Of a stretch of DNA of 64,000 bases, positions 44,480 through 57,482 are shown piece after piece. The translations under genes and the position numbers were made by a program. Under the pieces are notes generated by a model. The model was given only the letters and a program-made list of their open reading frames with translations, did no database searches and had not been told where the DNA came from. The stretch is from Phoronis australis (Eukaryota > Animalia > Phoronida). The stretch covers positions 2,029,642 through 2,093,641 of the forward strand of contig NMRA01000007.1 of assembly GCA_002633005.1 (NCBI GenBank). Reading direction: 5' to 3'. Position 1 is the first letter of the stretch, and each line of letters starts with the position of its first letter.

Positions 44480-47400
44480 TCTGTAGCATTATTTTGGCAA
44501 ACTGGATACTCACCATTTCTTCTAATGTTTAATCGCAAACTTAAATTCTTTTCAGAGCTTGCTCACTGTGAAAGTGATGGAGAATGAACTGAAATTATGA
44601 CAATGCCCAATTTGGACATCTTAGACAACAGCCTCTTGCAGTATGTATCCAAAGACAAGTCTGGTGTGGTCATGCTTGATATGGATGAAAGAGGATTTTT
44701 CTAGATTGCCATTATGAAGTTGGTGGTCACGTGGATATGAATAATAGTTTAACTAAGATTTCTTCCAGGTTTTACTGGCTTGGCATTACTACGGACGTTC
44801 TGAAGTAGATTTCGGAGTGTAATGCCTGCAAACGATCTGTCAAGGTCTTGAAGATCGCTCCAGAGTTCAAGCCGATATGAGTGAGCCTATGTAAATGGTC
44901 GGTATTGATTTGATGAATCCTGAGGAATGTTCTAAATCTGATAATAGTTATGTGCTGACTATTACAGATTTGTGGTCAAAGTATGTGGCTGCTAACCCCA
45001 ATAACAGAGAAGCCTGGTGCTTGCGTGTTTCAACATACTTTCTGACGTATGAACCACCCAAGAAGCACTCAGCGACCATGGTAGGGAGTTTTGTAATCTA
45101 GTTAATGATCAGCTGTTCTCTCTTTTTAGGGTAGAACATCTAATGACTTTGTCCAACCACCAGCAAAACAATTGCCAGGATGATCACACCAACCAAACCC
45201 TGAAAAGATGCTACAGAAGAAGTCTACTGAGAGTAAAGATAAACGGGAAGAACACCTGGGAACCTCAGTTTGCCATGAACACAGCTGTTCAAGTTACCAC
45301 GCGATACTCTCCCTTTTTTCTAATGTTTAATCGTAAAGTTAAATATTTTCAGAGCTTGCTCACTACAAAAATGACGGTGAATAAGCTGAAATTATTGCAG
45401 TGCCAAAATTGGACATCTTAGAGGAAGTTGTTGACACTCACATAAAGGTTGTGAAGCAAGTGTGTTAACAGGAAGATGAGAACATCGTCAAGGCTCAGGA
45501 AAGGTATAAAAGGCACTATAGAAGTCCTCACCATAAACATGGGTAGATGGGGCGAAAGGGCATGTGACTGGACGATGACTGGAAAGGTCCCTACCATCAC
45601 TGAGCTTAACAAATGACCTGCTTAGATAGCTAACCCCAAAGACAAGTTGGGTATGGTCATGTTCAAGCATATCATGCTTCATGAGGATGAAAATAGTATT
45701 TTTCTGGATTGTCATTCTGTAACTGGTGGTCACATGGGTGTCAATGATACTTTAACTAAGATTTATTCCAATGGCTTGGCATTACTGCGGAGGTCCTGAA
45801 ATGGATTTTAGAGTGTGATGCCTGCCAACGGTCTGCCAAGGTCTTTGAAGCCGATACGAGTGAGCCTATAGAAATGGTCGGTATCGATTTGATGGGTCNT
45901 AGTCACCCTTTTGTCTGATGCTTCATGTCAAAATTAGATTCTTTTCAAAGCTTGCTCATTGTCAAATCAATGGAGAACATGTTGAAACTATGGCTGTGCC
46001 CAGTTTGGATGTCTTAGACGAAGTTGTTGATGCTCGCATGAAGCTGAAGCTAGTAAAGTTAAAGGTAGATGGACAGGCACAAAAATAAGTATAGAAGTCC
46101 TCCCCAAGAGCATGAGAAGCTGGCGTGAAAGGGTATGCGACTGGACGATATATAGATAGGTCCCTCACAGTCATTGACCTTAACGAATGTGCTGCTTCGT
46201 TAGCTGACCTCAACGGGAATCCTCTTAAGAAGAAAGTCCAAGTCATCTAGATGAAGCCGAGACATTTTAGCTATCAGATATGAACATTTATACAGGCAAA
46301 GTTGATGACACAGCATCTGAGCTTCCACCTGCAAACCAATGGTCAAGATGAACACACCAACCAAACACTGAAAAAGATGCTTCAAAAGAAGTCTAATGAG
46401 AGGAGAGATGAATGGGTAGAACACCTGGGAACCCCAGTTTGCTATGAACACAGCTGTTCAATATACCACATGATACTCACCATTTTTTCTCGAGTTTAAT
46501 CTCAAAGCTACATTCTCTTCAAAGCTTGCTCACTGCGTAAATGACGGAGAGTAAACAGAAACTATGGCAGTGCCCAACTTGGACGTCTTACACAATGGTT
46601 TCCTGTAGTATGTATCCAAAGACAAGTCAGGTGTGGTCATGTTTAAGCATATCATGCTTGATGAGGATGGAAAGAGGATTTTTTGGATTAAGATTCTGAA
46701 ACTGGTAGTCACATGGGTATCAGTAATAGTATAACTAAGATTTCTTCCAGGTTCTAATGACTAGTGGATTTCAGAGTGTGATACCTGCCAACGACCTGTC
46801 AAGGCCTTCACAGTCGCTCCGGAGTTGAAGCCAATACGAGTGAGCCTACAGAAATTGTCGATATTGATTTGTAGATTTCATGGATCCTTACAAATGTTCA
46901 AATGTGATAATCGTTCTGCGCTCACTATTACAGATTTGTGGTCAAAGTATGTGGCTGCTTATCCCAATAACAGAGAAGACTGTTGCTTGTGTGTGTTTCA
47001 AACTGCCAACTTCCTGATGAATGAACCACAATAGTGCCAAGGTAGGGAGTTTTGTAATCAGGTTAATGATCAGGTGTTCTCTCCTTTTGGGGTGAAACAT
47101 CTAATGATCTTTTCTTAATACCTGCAAACCAATGGTCAAGATGAGCGCACCAACCAAACACTGAAAAAGATGCTTCAAAAGAAGTCTGGGAACCTCAGTT
47201 TGCCATGGACACAGCTGTTTACAGTACCACACAATACTCACTCTTTCTTGTAATGTTTAATCACTAAGTTAGATTCTTTTCAGAGCTTGCTCACTGTGAA
47301 AGCGATGGAGAACAATCTTAAAACATGGCAATGCCCAATTCAGACATCTTAGAGAAAGTTGTTGATACTTGCATTAAGGTTGTGAAGCAAGTGTGTTAAC

Positions 47401-47600
47401 AGGAAGATGAGTACATCGGCAAGGCTCAGGAAAGGCACAGAAGTCCTCGCAAAGAACAAGACAAAGTGGGGCGAAAGGGCATGTGACTGGATGATGACTA
47501 AGAAAGTCCCTACACCATCACTGAGTTCAACAAATGTGCAGCTTTATTAGCCGACCTCAACTGGAATCTTCTCAAGAAGAAACCAAGTTATCCGGATGAA
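44480..47600 (+). pseudogene. Tandem scrambled Ginger/GIN integrase fragments (copies B-D)
   Basis: Repeated RIFLDCH..GGHMG, ECDACQR, MVGIDLM, LTITDLWSKYVAA, LSDHGREFCN, QTNGQDERTNQTLKK (DD35E spacing), FAMNTAVQ..YSPFFLMFNR. No gag, RT, RNase H or LTR was seen. Confidence 0.8.
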
Positions 47601-48540
47601 GCCGAGACATTTTATTTATTAGATATGAGCATTTATACGAGCAAAGTTGATGACACAGCATCTGAGCTTCCAGTAAGTACAAGAGTGATTTTGGAACTTG
47701 TACAGCAGTATTATAATCAATTCCATAATCTGTATTTTGACAACTACTTCACATCATTACCCCTCGTGCAAACAATACTAGACAATAACACCTACTTGTT
47801 TGGTATTGGCTGACTCAATTATAGAAAAGGAATACCTAAAGATGTGCAGTCTGTTCAATTTGAAAACTCAGGAGAACATTTGAGGTTCGAGAAAGACGGA
47901 ATTCTTGCTGTTGCACCGTGTGAAATGAAACGACAGGTAAGCGTCTGGTCTTCTGCCAACAATGTGGGCGACATCCAACTAGACCACCCAGGTAAACGAG
48001 GGCAGCCACATCAATCTTACCCAAAGCCTATAGCAATACAAGAATACAGCAACAACTACAATGGAGTAGACAATTCTGACCAATTCAGATCTCTATCCAA
48101 AGCTCATATTGTGCAAGAATGCTATTGAGTTTTTGAATGTAGACAAGTCAAGGAGATCCCACTTGGCAGTATGTTGTACTGGATTTTATGACTGTGACCA
48201 GCTGAAGATTAAAAAGTTAGTCATTGGCTAAAATCCACATAAGGCCAATACAGTCTCACCTTGACACGATTGTGGATGGTACTGAACATAGCGAGACATC
48301 AAGATGTGTTTTGTGTGACAAGGACATCTTGGCTCAGCCTCCAAGAGCAGTCTTGTCCTACTTCCTGCAAACCAATGGTCAAGACGAACACACATATGTT
48401 GTAATGGTTTTTGAGACTGACTAGTTGAAGATTAAACAAGTTCGTCATTGGCTAAAATCTACATCAGGCCAATCCAGTCTAACCTTGACACGACTGTGGA
48501 TAGTACTGAACATAGTGTGACAAGGACATCTTGGTTCACA
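47597..48540 (+). pseudogene. Decayed piggyBac-type transposase, central and 3' part
   Basis: SIYTSK, HNLYFDNYFTSLPLV, KPIAIQEYSNNYNGVDNSDQ (piggyBac DDD motifs), Cys-containing tail RCVLC; the 3' part is duplicated at about 48410-48540. Confidence 0.85.
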
Positions 48541-48955
48541 ATCTCTGTGAGCACACAGTCTTGCGAGGTTACAACTTTAAGAAACCCCGTAAATTTGCCA
48601 ATTGCACATTCATACGTCAAAATGAGCATTCGTTTAAATGTTCTTACATTAAAGAAACATTGCTTATCTTCACAGGGTTACTCGTTTTGAACACCTGATA
48701 TGACTAGAGTGAGTTTTTAGATGTGTAGGATCTAAGACTATTTTTGTAAAGGAAACCATGCATATTGGAATAATTTTTTCATCAATCATGCATGCATGCT
48801 TGGATGAATCGTGTGCAAAAATCCTTTTGTCGCATGACAAAACAAAAAGAACATGTCCAAGCTATTGGGTGTTTCATGAACACTGTTGTTCTGTCAATTT
48901 TCCAGGAACTTAGGTCAGCATCTCATTCACTACGGGATACAACTACTAATTCAGA

Positions 48956-50068
48956 AGACCTGAAGTTCCATTAACTAACCAGGAAAAATCACAAATTACC
49001 TGTAAGAAATATATATAATAAAGTGTGTCTAAGATTTATGTCTGCCACCCTAGTACAATAAAAATGGACTGAGTAAATGAACGTGTCATTTGATCACAAC
49101 AGTTTCCTGCAGCATGTATTCAAAGACAAGTCAGGTGTGGTCACGTTCAAGCATATCATGCTTGATGAGGATGAAAGAGGATTTTTCTGGATTGTCATTC
49201 TGTAACTGGTGGTCACATGGGCATCAATAATACTTCAACTAACATTTATTCCAGGTTCCAATGGCTTGGCACCACAGTGAATCTTCTGAAGTGGATTTTG
49301 GAGTGTGATGCCTGCCAACAGTCTGCCAAGGCATTGAGGGTTGCTCCAGAGTTGGAGCACATAAAAAAAGTGTTCCTATGTGAGAAAACGTGGTTCCAGA
49401 ATTGCTGTAAACGCTATTTTTGGTTGTGTTAACCATGAAGTCTTTTTGTTTTCAGCAGTGTTTTATACTGGGTTTAAACAAGGACGCATACCCTTATCAT
49501 ATAACAGACAANAGACCTGAAGTTCCATTAACTAACCAGGAAAAATCACAAATTACCTGTAAGAAATATATATAATAAAGTGTGTCTAAGATTTATGTCT
49601 GCCACCCTAGTACAATAAAAATGGACTGAGTAAATGAACGTGTCATTTGATCACAACAGTTTCCTGCAGCATGTATTCAAAGACAAGTCAGGTGTGGTCA
49701 CGTTCAAGCATATCATGCTTGATGAGGATGAAAGAGGATTTTTCTGGATTGTCATTCTGTAACTGGTGGTCACATGGGCATCAGTAATACTTCAACTAAC
49801 ATTTATTCCAGGTTCCAATGGCTTGGCACCACAGTGAATCTTCTGAAGTGGATTTTGGAGTGTGATGCCTGCCAACAGTCTGCCAAGGCATTGAGGGTTA
49901 CTCCAGAGTTGGAGCACATAAAAAAAGTGTTCCTATGTGAGAAAACGTGGTTCCAGAATTGCTGTAAACGCTATTTTTGGTTGTGTTAACCGTGAAGTCT
50001 TTTTGTTTTCAGCAGTGTTTTATACTGGGTTTAAACAAGGACGCATACCCTCATCATATAACAGACAA
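48956..50068 (+). repeat. Near-identical 556-bp tandem duplication containing an integrase HHCC fragment
   Basis: 48956-49511 and 49513-50068, separated by a single N, with about 4 substitutions; encodes DCH..GGHMGINNT...WLG...ECDACQ. Confidence 0.85.
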
Positions 50069-50808
50069 GGTCAGTGCTGGTGGCTAATCGAGCAATGACC
50101 TTTTACTTTTGACATGAAAGGTTAATGTTCAAATCAGCTGTCAGACACCAACATACGTTACGCTGGAATCTAAAGGGCATTGCTGTCTGTCATGATATTG
50201 TTATTCACATCACTGAAATACAAACTGCAGCCAAAATTATTTTCACGGACATTTTGTATTTGGTTTAAAAAAGAACTGATAAGTGAAGTACTGGTAGTTA
50301 ATTGAACAATGACCTTTTACTTTTGACCTGAAGGGTTATTCCTCAATGTCATCTAACCTTACGTTGGCGTCTAAAGTGCATTGCTGTTAGTCATGAAGTC
50401 GTTCGTGCAACTGAAAGAACTGTAATGTTCATGAAATCACACACATCCAAGCACATATACACACATGCATGCACCCACACACAAACACACTGAGTTATTT
50501 GTTCCAAAAATCACGATCCAAATCGCTGCACTACAGTGAGTATGAATTCTGCGCTCTTGATTAAAAAGTCGATAATTCTGCAGAAACCTGTCTAAAGCTT
50601 AGAGGTTTTGATGAAAATCCATAAGTAAAACAGACACAAAATAACAATAGGTCAATTGAAAATTTGACAACTTTTTGTCCCAAAATTTCTCTAATCTTCA
50701 ACAAGAAAGATCCCATTAATATTTCTTAATGCTACTGCACAAACCAAATAACCCCTCCAAGGTTTCCAAAGGCTCCATGAGCAAATACGATTACCGCCAT
50801 CTTCAACA

Positions 50809-53800
50809 TCAATAAGATTGCTCATCATCTCCTTTCCTCTGCTGTTCCCACAAATCAATGGATTTCCACACAACCTCTGTCACAAAGTCAACAGCACACC
50901 GTCCACAAGTGAGGTACTCGATGGCATGCTCTTGCAGCTGATCTATAGCAACACTTGACCACACCTTCAGTGTTGATGAGCTAAAATGCAAAGAGAACTA
51001 GATGAGTTTAAATCTCAGTCACGTATTGTTAGACAGGTATAAGACAACAAATTTATTTCTAAGGTCATATAATGTGCTGCAGATTCCCACAGTCAACTCG
51101 AATACATTGAGTTCTTATGAACTTTAAGCAGTCATTATGACAACTCCCCAAATATTTTGTGAACACATCACTATTATGCATTTTTGTTGATCACAAATAC
51201 AAAATCCAACAAGTGTACAACAAAATCTAACCACATTATGGCGCACAGGTGAAAATTTTCACATTTTTTTTCATCACATAGCACAAAAGTAACCATTTTG
51301 AAGCTTTATACCACAGCTAACAACTGATTTTTAAAAATGAAAAATAGACAACCCTGACAACCAATTATGTCCAAAATTTGTGAAATTTTACTGTAACCCT
51401 GTTAATTTAATTTTCAACCAAAAAAGTTTAAAAATGATCCAAATTCAACTATTGATAAAGGTTTACAAGTAGAACTTCATAGTCAATTATCGCCTCATTG
51501 ATAAACAACAGTCAGCTAACCTCTGTGCTTCAATGGTGATTCGAGCCAGCACGCCACTGCGCTGTGTTGAGAAGGTGAGTTTGTTTTCAGCATATGCCAC
51601 ATTATAAAACAGCTCGTCCTTACACAGGCTTCCAGAACCTAAAGGTGAACAAGTATGAAATAAGGTATATTCATTATGGTATTATGTACGAATGATGGGG
51701 ACTGGTACCACAAATGCAACAAATGATCACATAACTACACGTGATAACCTGTTTTCTATCGGAAACAAGCCCCAGACTGAACAATACAATTTCTCGGTGA
51801 GAGGCAAATAGTACTGAAAAATCTCACAAATTTAGGACACAATATGGAGAACAACTGAGACTTAATTTCTCATTTTGTTAACAGTCTCTTACAGAAGTCA
51901 GGCATATTGAGAACCAGTTTCCTCCACTGAATAACAGACATCGAACCGATTCTCAAGTGCTAGACCCATGTAAGTGACAATTACCCATTTTTTCATGAAA
52001 AACAAGTGGTACGTGCACAACAGTTTTGAGTTTTGTACTAGAGCTACCATCAGACATTCTGAACAACTGAAAATTCACAACTTTATTGCAGCCCCTCGAA
52101 AACTGAAAAACAAATTCTGCCAATAATTGTATGAAATTATTGAGATTTCACCGTACCAAAGAAGCAAAACAAACTACAGCAACAGGCCATTCAAACATTA
52201 GACTTCTATCTCCTCGTTCTTGACACATTGAATTTATCGCTATGATTTGCAATTCAAACACATTAGATGCAGTCAGTGTCGTTGCTGCTGTAGTTAAAAA
52301 CATAGACACTTCACACAACTTCCACACATTCAAAGTTTCTACAAGTTCGAAGTCTTTACAAGAATCCATTACTCCAACCAACCTGGATGTTCTAACAAAC
52401 AGTTTCCTATCATCTCCGAATACCAAGAGTTCAAGCCATAGTTCACTGGTTCTGACAATTTGTAGTCTGAAAAAGAAAATTACAAGGTATCATAGACACA
52501 CGAGGTAGGGAACCTGGCGCCTAAGACTGATCTTGACATTGTAGCACTCCCCTTACGCCAAGGAAACTTTTGATTTTTGTCCTTGAAAGACAGCACTTTC
52601 CTCGATTTCTGCAGCATTAATTTGCTAATTTTGCTTGTTATTATGTTTTGTTGAACACAACACCCTAACTTCACGCCTTAACTGCATTTTGAATAAGTTT
52701 TCAACACATACAGTGCACAAGTGAACCAAGGGATAGCAATCTTCACAAATACTTCAATGTACCTAAACTACACGGTTAACGGACTCATAAACACGGTCAC
52801 GGACACATGAACACGACTCACGGACCTGCAAACACCGTCCACTGACTCACAAACACAGGAACGGACTCACAAAACACGATCCACGCACCCAAATACACAG
52901 GACACGGACTCGTATTCACGAGGAAACACAGTTAACGGACTGCCAAACACAGGTCACGGACAAAATGCAGATGTCAGCTGACCCAGAAAGCCGATGAGTC
53001 CATGACCCGTGTTTGGCGGTCCGTTAACCGTGTTTCCTCGTGAAAATGAGTCCGTGTCCCGTGTATTTGGGTGCGTGGATCTTGTTTTGCGAGTTCGTTC
53101 CCGTGTTTGTGAGTCAGTGAACGGTGAGGCGTGTTCATGCGTCCGTGCCCTGTGTTTATGAGTTCGTTGACCGTGTAGTTTAGGTACCTTGTACTCTATT
53201 CATATCGGATCCACTGGCGTAAAAATGCCGCTCTTGTGCATTACTCGATGGTTGCCAGACTGCACCACACTAAGCAGGTAACTTTTGGCACCCAAACAAG
53301 TTCACGTTACTTGCCCGACTAGCAAGTTGAATGGAAACTTCTGTTTGGAAATTTTGCTCTCATGGAACATAATTTTTCGTTTATTCAACAGTGGCAGTTC
53401 AGTTGGGGAGTGCATAATATTAATGACAAAGTTAGAGATTTGTCACATGATATTTATGGGTAGCGTTCAGTAACTATCTTGCACAGTGAGAAATTCAACC
53501 AAAATCTCATGACCCCGTTGAAAACACACGGCGACAGTCTTGAGAAATCTTGCCTTTTTAGCAGACACAAGAGTTACTGCACTCTCCCCAGAATTACCAT
53601 CTGTTTCTCAGCGGACATTGTTGGAATGAGTTAGCGTTATGAAACAAAATACTTCAGCAAAGGTACCATTGCAACAATTTGAAATTTTCTAACAGATTGA
53701 GAAGGTGTGTCCATACAAACGATGGCACTTACCTACTAAAAGTCAGTTAGTACATGAGACGCAAAACCATTGACAGTTAAGTTTCTGGTAATAAGTGTTG

Positions 53801-54529
53801 GAACGTAGGGTTGTGTGTGGGTATCGAAAGCATTTACTCTCCAAAAGATGAGGCATAATGTTGGGATGTAAATAGCCTGCCATCATGCTTGCAGTTGCAA
53901 ATTTTGCCTGCCAGATTTGACATCTACCTGCAGGCAAGCAGGCAGCTGGCTAATACTCCGTTTCGAACTTGTCCTTTTTCTCTAGTCTGAGAGTAAAAAG
54001 GAAACACCCAATTTTTGTGCCTGAAGCTGAGTTCTGATTAAGAAAATGAATTGAAGACAGATTAAGTTCATTTTCAGATAGAAAATGGAAGTAACATCTT
54101 ATAAGTGGAAGCGAATCAACTTTTGCTGTTTTTTTTAATGATAATGTCCAAGAATATGGCAGTAAATCGCGACATTGTGCAGCTATTTACATGGCAATAA
54201 TGGGAGATGATCTGGTTCTGACAATTCATGACAAAAATCGAGATATGGTATTTAATATCCAGTACGACCTTAAGTGGCCACCACTGTATCAACTTTAGAT
54301 CACTTGTGAATACCACCAGTTCTACGCTGTTGCAGAAAACCAGTGTCTCTACAACTGTCAATTGTAAAAATCTATCAAGTCCTAGTAGGAAAACCCACCT
54401 GCATTGAACATGTACTCAAGATTTTTAAATTCTTGTCTCATTTTCTCCTGTTGAATTTCTTCTTTCACTTCCAAAATTCTAAGTTCTTGTAACTGAATGG
54501 CAGCAAGAAGTATGCGCAACTGCTCAAAT
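50809..54529 (-). CDS. Unidentified multi-exon gene or pseudogene (partial model)
   Basis: Exons 52466-52157, 51959-51893, 51638-51521 and 50980-50809 have AG/GT boundaries and join into one open frame ending ...IDLWEQQRKGDDEQSY*. An upstream exon 54529-54399 is coiled-coil-like (FEQLRILLAAIQLQELRILEVKEEIQQEKMRQEFK). The connecting exons could not be resolved. Confidence 0.4.
52759..53187. mobile_element. About 430-bp foldback/MITE palindrome built of short ACACGGACTCAC-like subrepeats
   Basis: gtacctaaactacacggttaacggactcataaacac... versus ...gtgtttatgagttcgttgaccgtgtagtttaggtac; the arms are about 200 bp. Confidence 0.85.
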
Positions 54530-55584
54530 CTAAAAAATAGACATTAAAACAAATTAATAGCAACGGTGAATAGCAAATCATGAAGGAGGAACCAACTGTG
54601 CCATATTTTTATAATCCATGCTCTAGACATATCTATTCTTATGCAGGGTTTCCTGTGTAATTATATTTTTTAACTTTTTCAACAAAAATGAAAGTTTGCA
54701 GCACCGACCTCAACTGGCTCCTCATTCACATAAGGCAGGATTTTAATTTAGCAAAGTTCAAACTTCATGGCTTCGCTCCAAGGTTCAGAGGCTAAACATA
54801 TCTTTGAGAATAAATTTGCATGTTCCAACCCAGGAATACTCACACTAAAACATTTAATATTTGAGAAAGGTTCGTACATTTTACCACAAGCATGAGATGA
54901 AACAGGTGTTCCTTGATTGGGCGTTGCCCGAGATGAACAATTCAAACTGGCTTTCTTTACTGACAGATTCGTTTTCTGTGCTTGCAACCACTCTTCCACT
55001 TCTTTCAGCTACAAGGAACAATTTTATATGATTAACAAACCAAACATTTAAGACAGAGTGATCAAATTGTCCCCACCCCTACTATTCTGCCATTGGGGGT
55101 ATACTACTCCTAAACAAGAAAGCTATGCGAGCATTTCAGCCCTCTCTATTTTAAATGGCGGTAGTCCAATTCCGGCTCCAAATAAGAAACTTTCATATCA
55201 TCAAAAATACATTTTACACTTCAGTAAAATATGACTTATAAAAGCACTTACTTCCTTCAGCAATCCTTTCTGGTTCTATACATTGAAGCACATCTATGGG
55301 AAACAGCATGACGAATGCAAGTATATTCACAGTTACATTATATTCAACATTTCCGTTCAATCTTGAGCTGTCTTCCGAGTAACAAAATAATTCAAAGGAA
55401 ACAATTCTTACAGCCTAATGTAACATTGAAATGCACCAGTCCATCATCTACCATAGCTCTAACTGGAATGAACTGATATCCTTATTCATGGACCTCTCAG
55501 CATGAGAAGCCATAATCCACACTGACTCTTACATAAGCAAACAAACTCTATTGTTGTCACCTGCTAAGACCCAAGAGAGGGAAC

Positions 55585-55643
55585 CAATGTCATGACCCCT
55601 GGTCAATGTCATGAACCCTGGTCAATGTTATGACTCCTGGTCA
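55585..55643. repeat. 19-bp tandem repeat, 3 copies
   Basis: caatgtcatgacccctggt and two variants. Confidence 0.85.
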
Positions 55644-56359
55644 TGCTGTGAGCAAATAATGAACAACTGCCTAACATGCTGTGTTCTTTCACAATAACAC
55701 TCAAAATCCTTGTTTTCATACCAACATAGAATTCTCAGTAGCTTTTACAGCCAATGTCATAAGCACAGTTAATCTTCTGAGGTGTTTCAAGGTTGTGCAG
55801 GACCTTACTGAGGAACACTAATTCAAAATAAATTACCAGAAAAACCAAGCTGTGCCACCTAGTGAAAGTTTTTTGAATGACGAAAGATCAGGGAATGTAA
55901 AAATATGGTTAAGACACATATATACGTGTCATTACTATTAGGAAGTGGTCACCTTCTTGAAGTCAAATTCTCATTTTTAACAAAGGTGCCTTGATAACAG
56001 AACAACCCCTTAGCTGATTTTAATGAAACCTTAAAATTGCCAATATCACTAAAAATGCTGTTAAGAATTTTTGATTACGTATTCATTTAGTTTAGTTCCT
56101 ATGCCAAATTAACTCACAAAATGTAAGCCATTTTTGCAAAAAATAGCACTCGCAGTCATCTATGGCACAGTACAAAAAACTAGGCATTTAAAACAAAAAT
56201 CCTAAATGGGATTTTTGAGACTGATATAAATAAATATCAAAATTGGAAGGTTTCAGTGAAATCAACAGAGCCATTCTTAAGTTCAAGTTAAGTCAATTGG
56301 TTAAGTCAACATCTGTCACGAGTCGAAGAAAACTCAAGGTTTTCGATTATTTGGTGAAA

Positions 56360-56700
56360 ACTTAGAAAGCAGGAGTCATAACTATATGGGAGGAAGTTAC
56401 CATGGAAGAAATGCGGAAAAGCATTTCTGGTTGGAAGAGAAAGCTCCGTTTAGTTGTGGGGGATGATGGAGGCCACACAAAGCATAGATTGAAATAAGCA
56501 AGCTTCCCTTTTATATAATTTATTTTTTTAACCTGACGTTTTTAATTTGGCAGTACTCACACAATTGGACACAGATCTATTTGATATTTTGTACATTTGT
56601 TGATGATATCCTAAGGTTCATCTGTAAGAAACTTGAAAAAAAATCAGTTCCTGAGAAATTACTTGTCAAAAAGTGGCTCACATTTTTAGGACACCTGATA
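56360..56700 (+). mobile_element. Tc1/mariner 3' remnant
   Basis: ITIWEEVTMEEMRKSISGWKRKLRLVVGDDGGHTKHRLK* resembles a Tc1/mariner transposase C-terminus; it ends in tttttaggacacctgata, similar to a ...GGACACCCTG|TA terminus. Confidence 0.6.
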
Positions 56701-57482
56701 CATGCATGTTTCATTTGATGTTATTTGCTGTATTTTGAGATGACTTTCTATGGGGGTAGGAGATCATTAGCGGCAACAACAGTCAAAAGTTAACCTACTG
56801 ACCCAGTTTTTACTCACATGCCATTTGGAAAAGATAGCGTGCGAGAGTTCCTTGTGGCAGAAGTAGTCTTTTTAACGACTGATTTTTTAATTGGGATTGA
56901 AAATTCTAGTGATGGAAACGGGAACAGAATAGAGGATGATTATCTATAAATAATAATCCAGGTGTGTTTTGACACAAAGTTCTGTGAAGGTGGAACATTC
57001 AAAATTTCTTTGAAAACCGCAACCGCTGCTGGCGAAAACTGCTAGCCAAGCCAGCACAAGTTTCTGCTTTCTAATTGAATCGACTGTCAATGCATTGTCA
57101 ATGACACAGGCAGTACAGGCGGTGTGTTGTTGACAATTTTGAATAAGGCGATTGAAATAGGCCATTTTGTTTTTGGATTGGTGATTTTGCCGTGATGAAT
57201 GTCCAAGTTTAAAGATTGTTAACATGAGTGAAAAATTAATTTGTGAAATAAAACTTCAAACGCATTTTCATAATCCATGAGATGTTTGCTTTCAACCTTG
57301 AGTTCAAAATTCAGGCCACGCAACATGGACGGCAGCGCCAAGTGACCATTTTTGACGTCTTTGTGCCTGTAGGATAGGTCCAATAGAGGGTATGAAGGTT
57401 GGTTTACAAATAGATTGAATAAAGATATGGTTTATGTAGTGATAGTCATTGTGTTGAATTCAAATCACGACCCACTTTCAAC

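Noticed and set aside
43170-50068. Intact Gypsy LTR retrotransposon or functional GIN1 gene
   Set aside because: No gag, protease, RT, RNase H or LTR pair is visible, and every integrase copy has stops or frameshifts.
50809-54529. Naming the unknown gene as a kinetochore-type coiled-coil plus RWD protein
   Set aside because: Only a vague architectural impression, with no diagnostic motif to support a name.
54399-55008. In-frame TGA formed by one possible splice (TG|A) as a selenocysteine codon
   Set aside because: The exon model is uncertain, an alternative donor avoids the stop, and no SECIS was identified.
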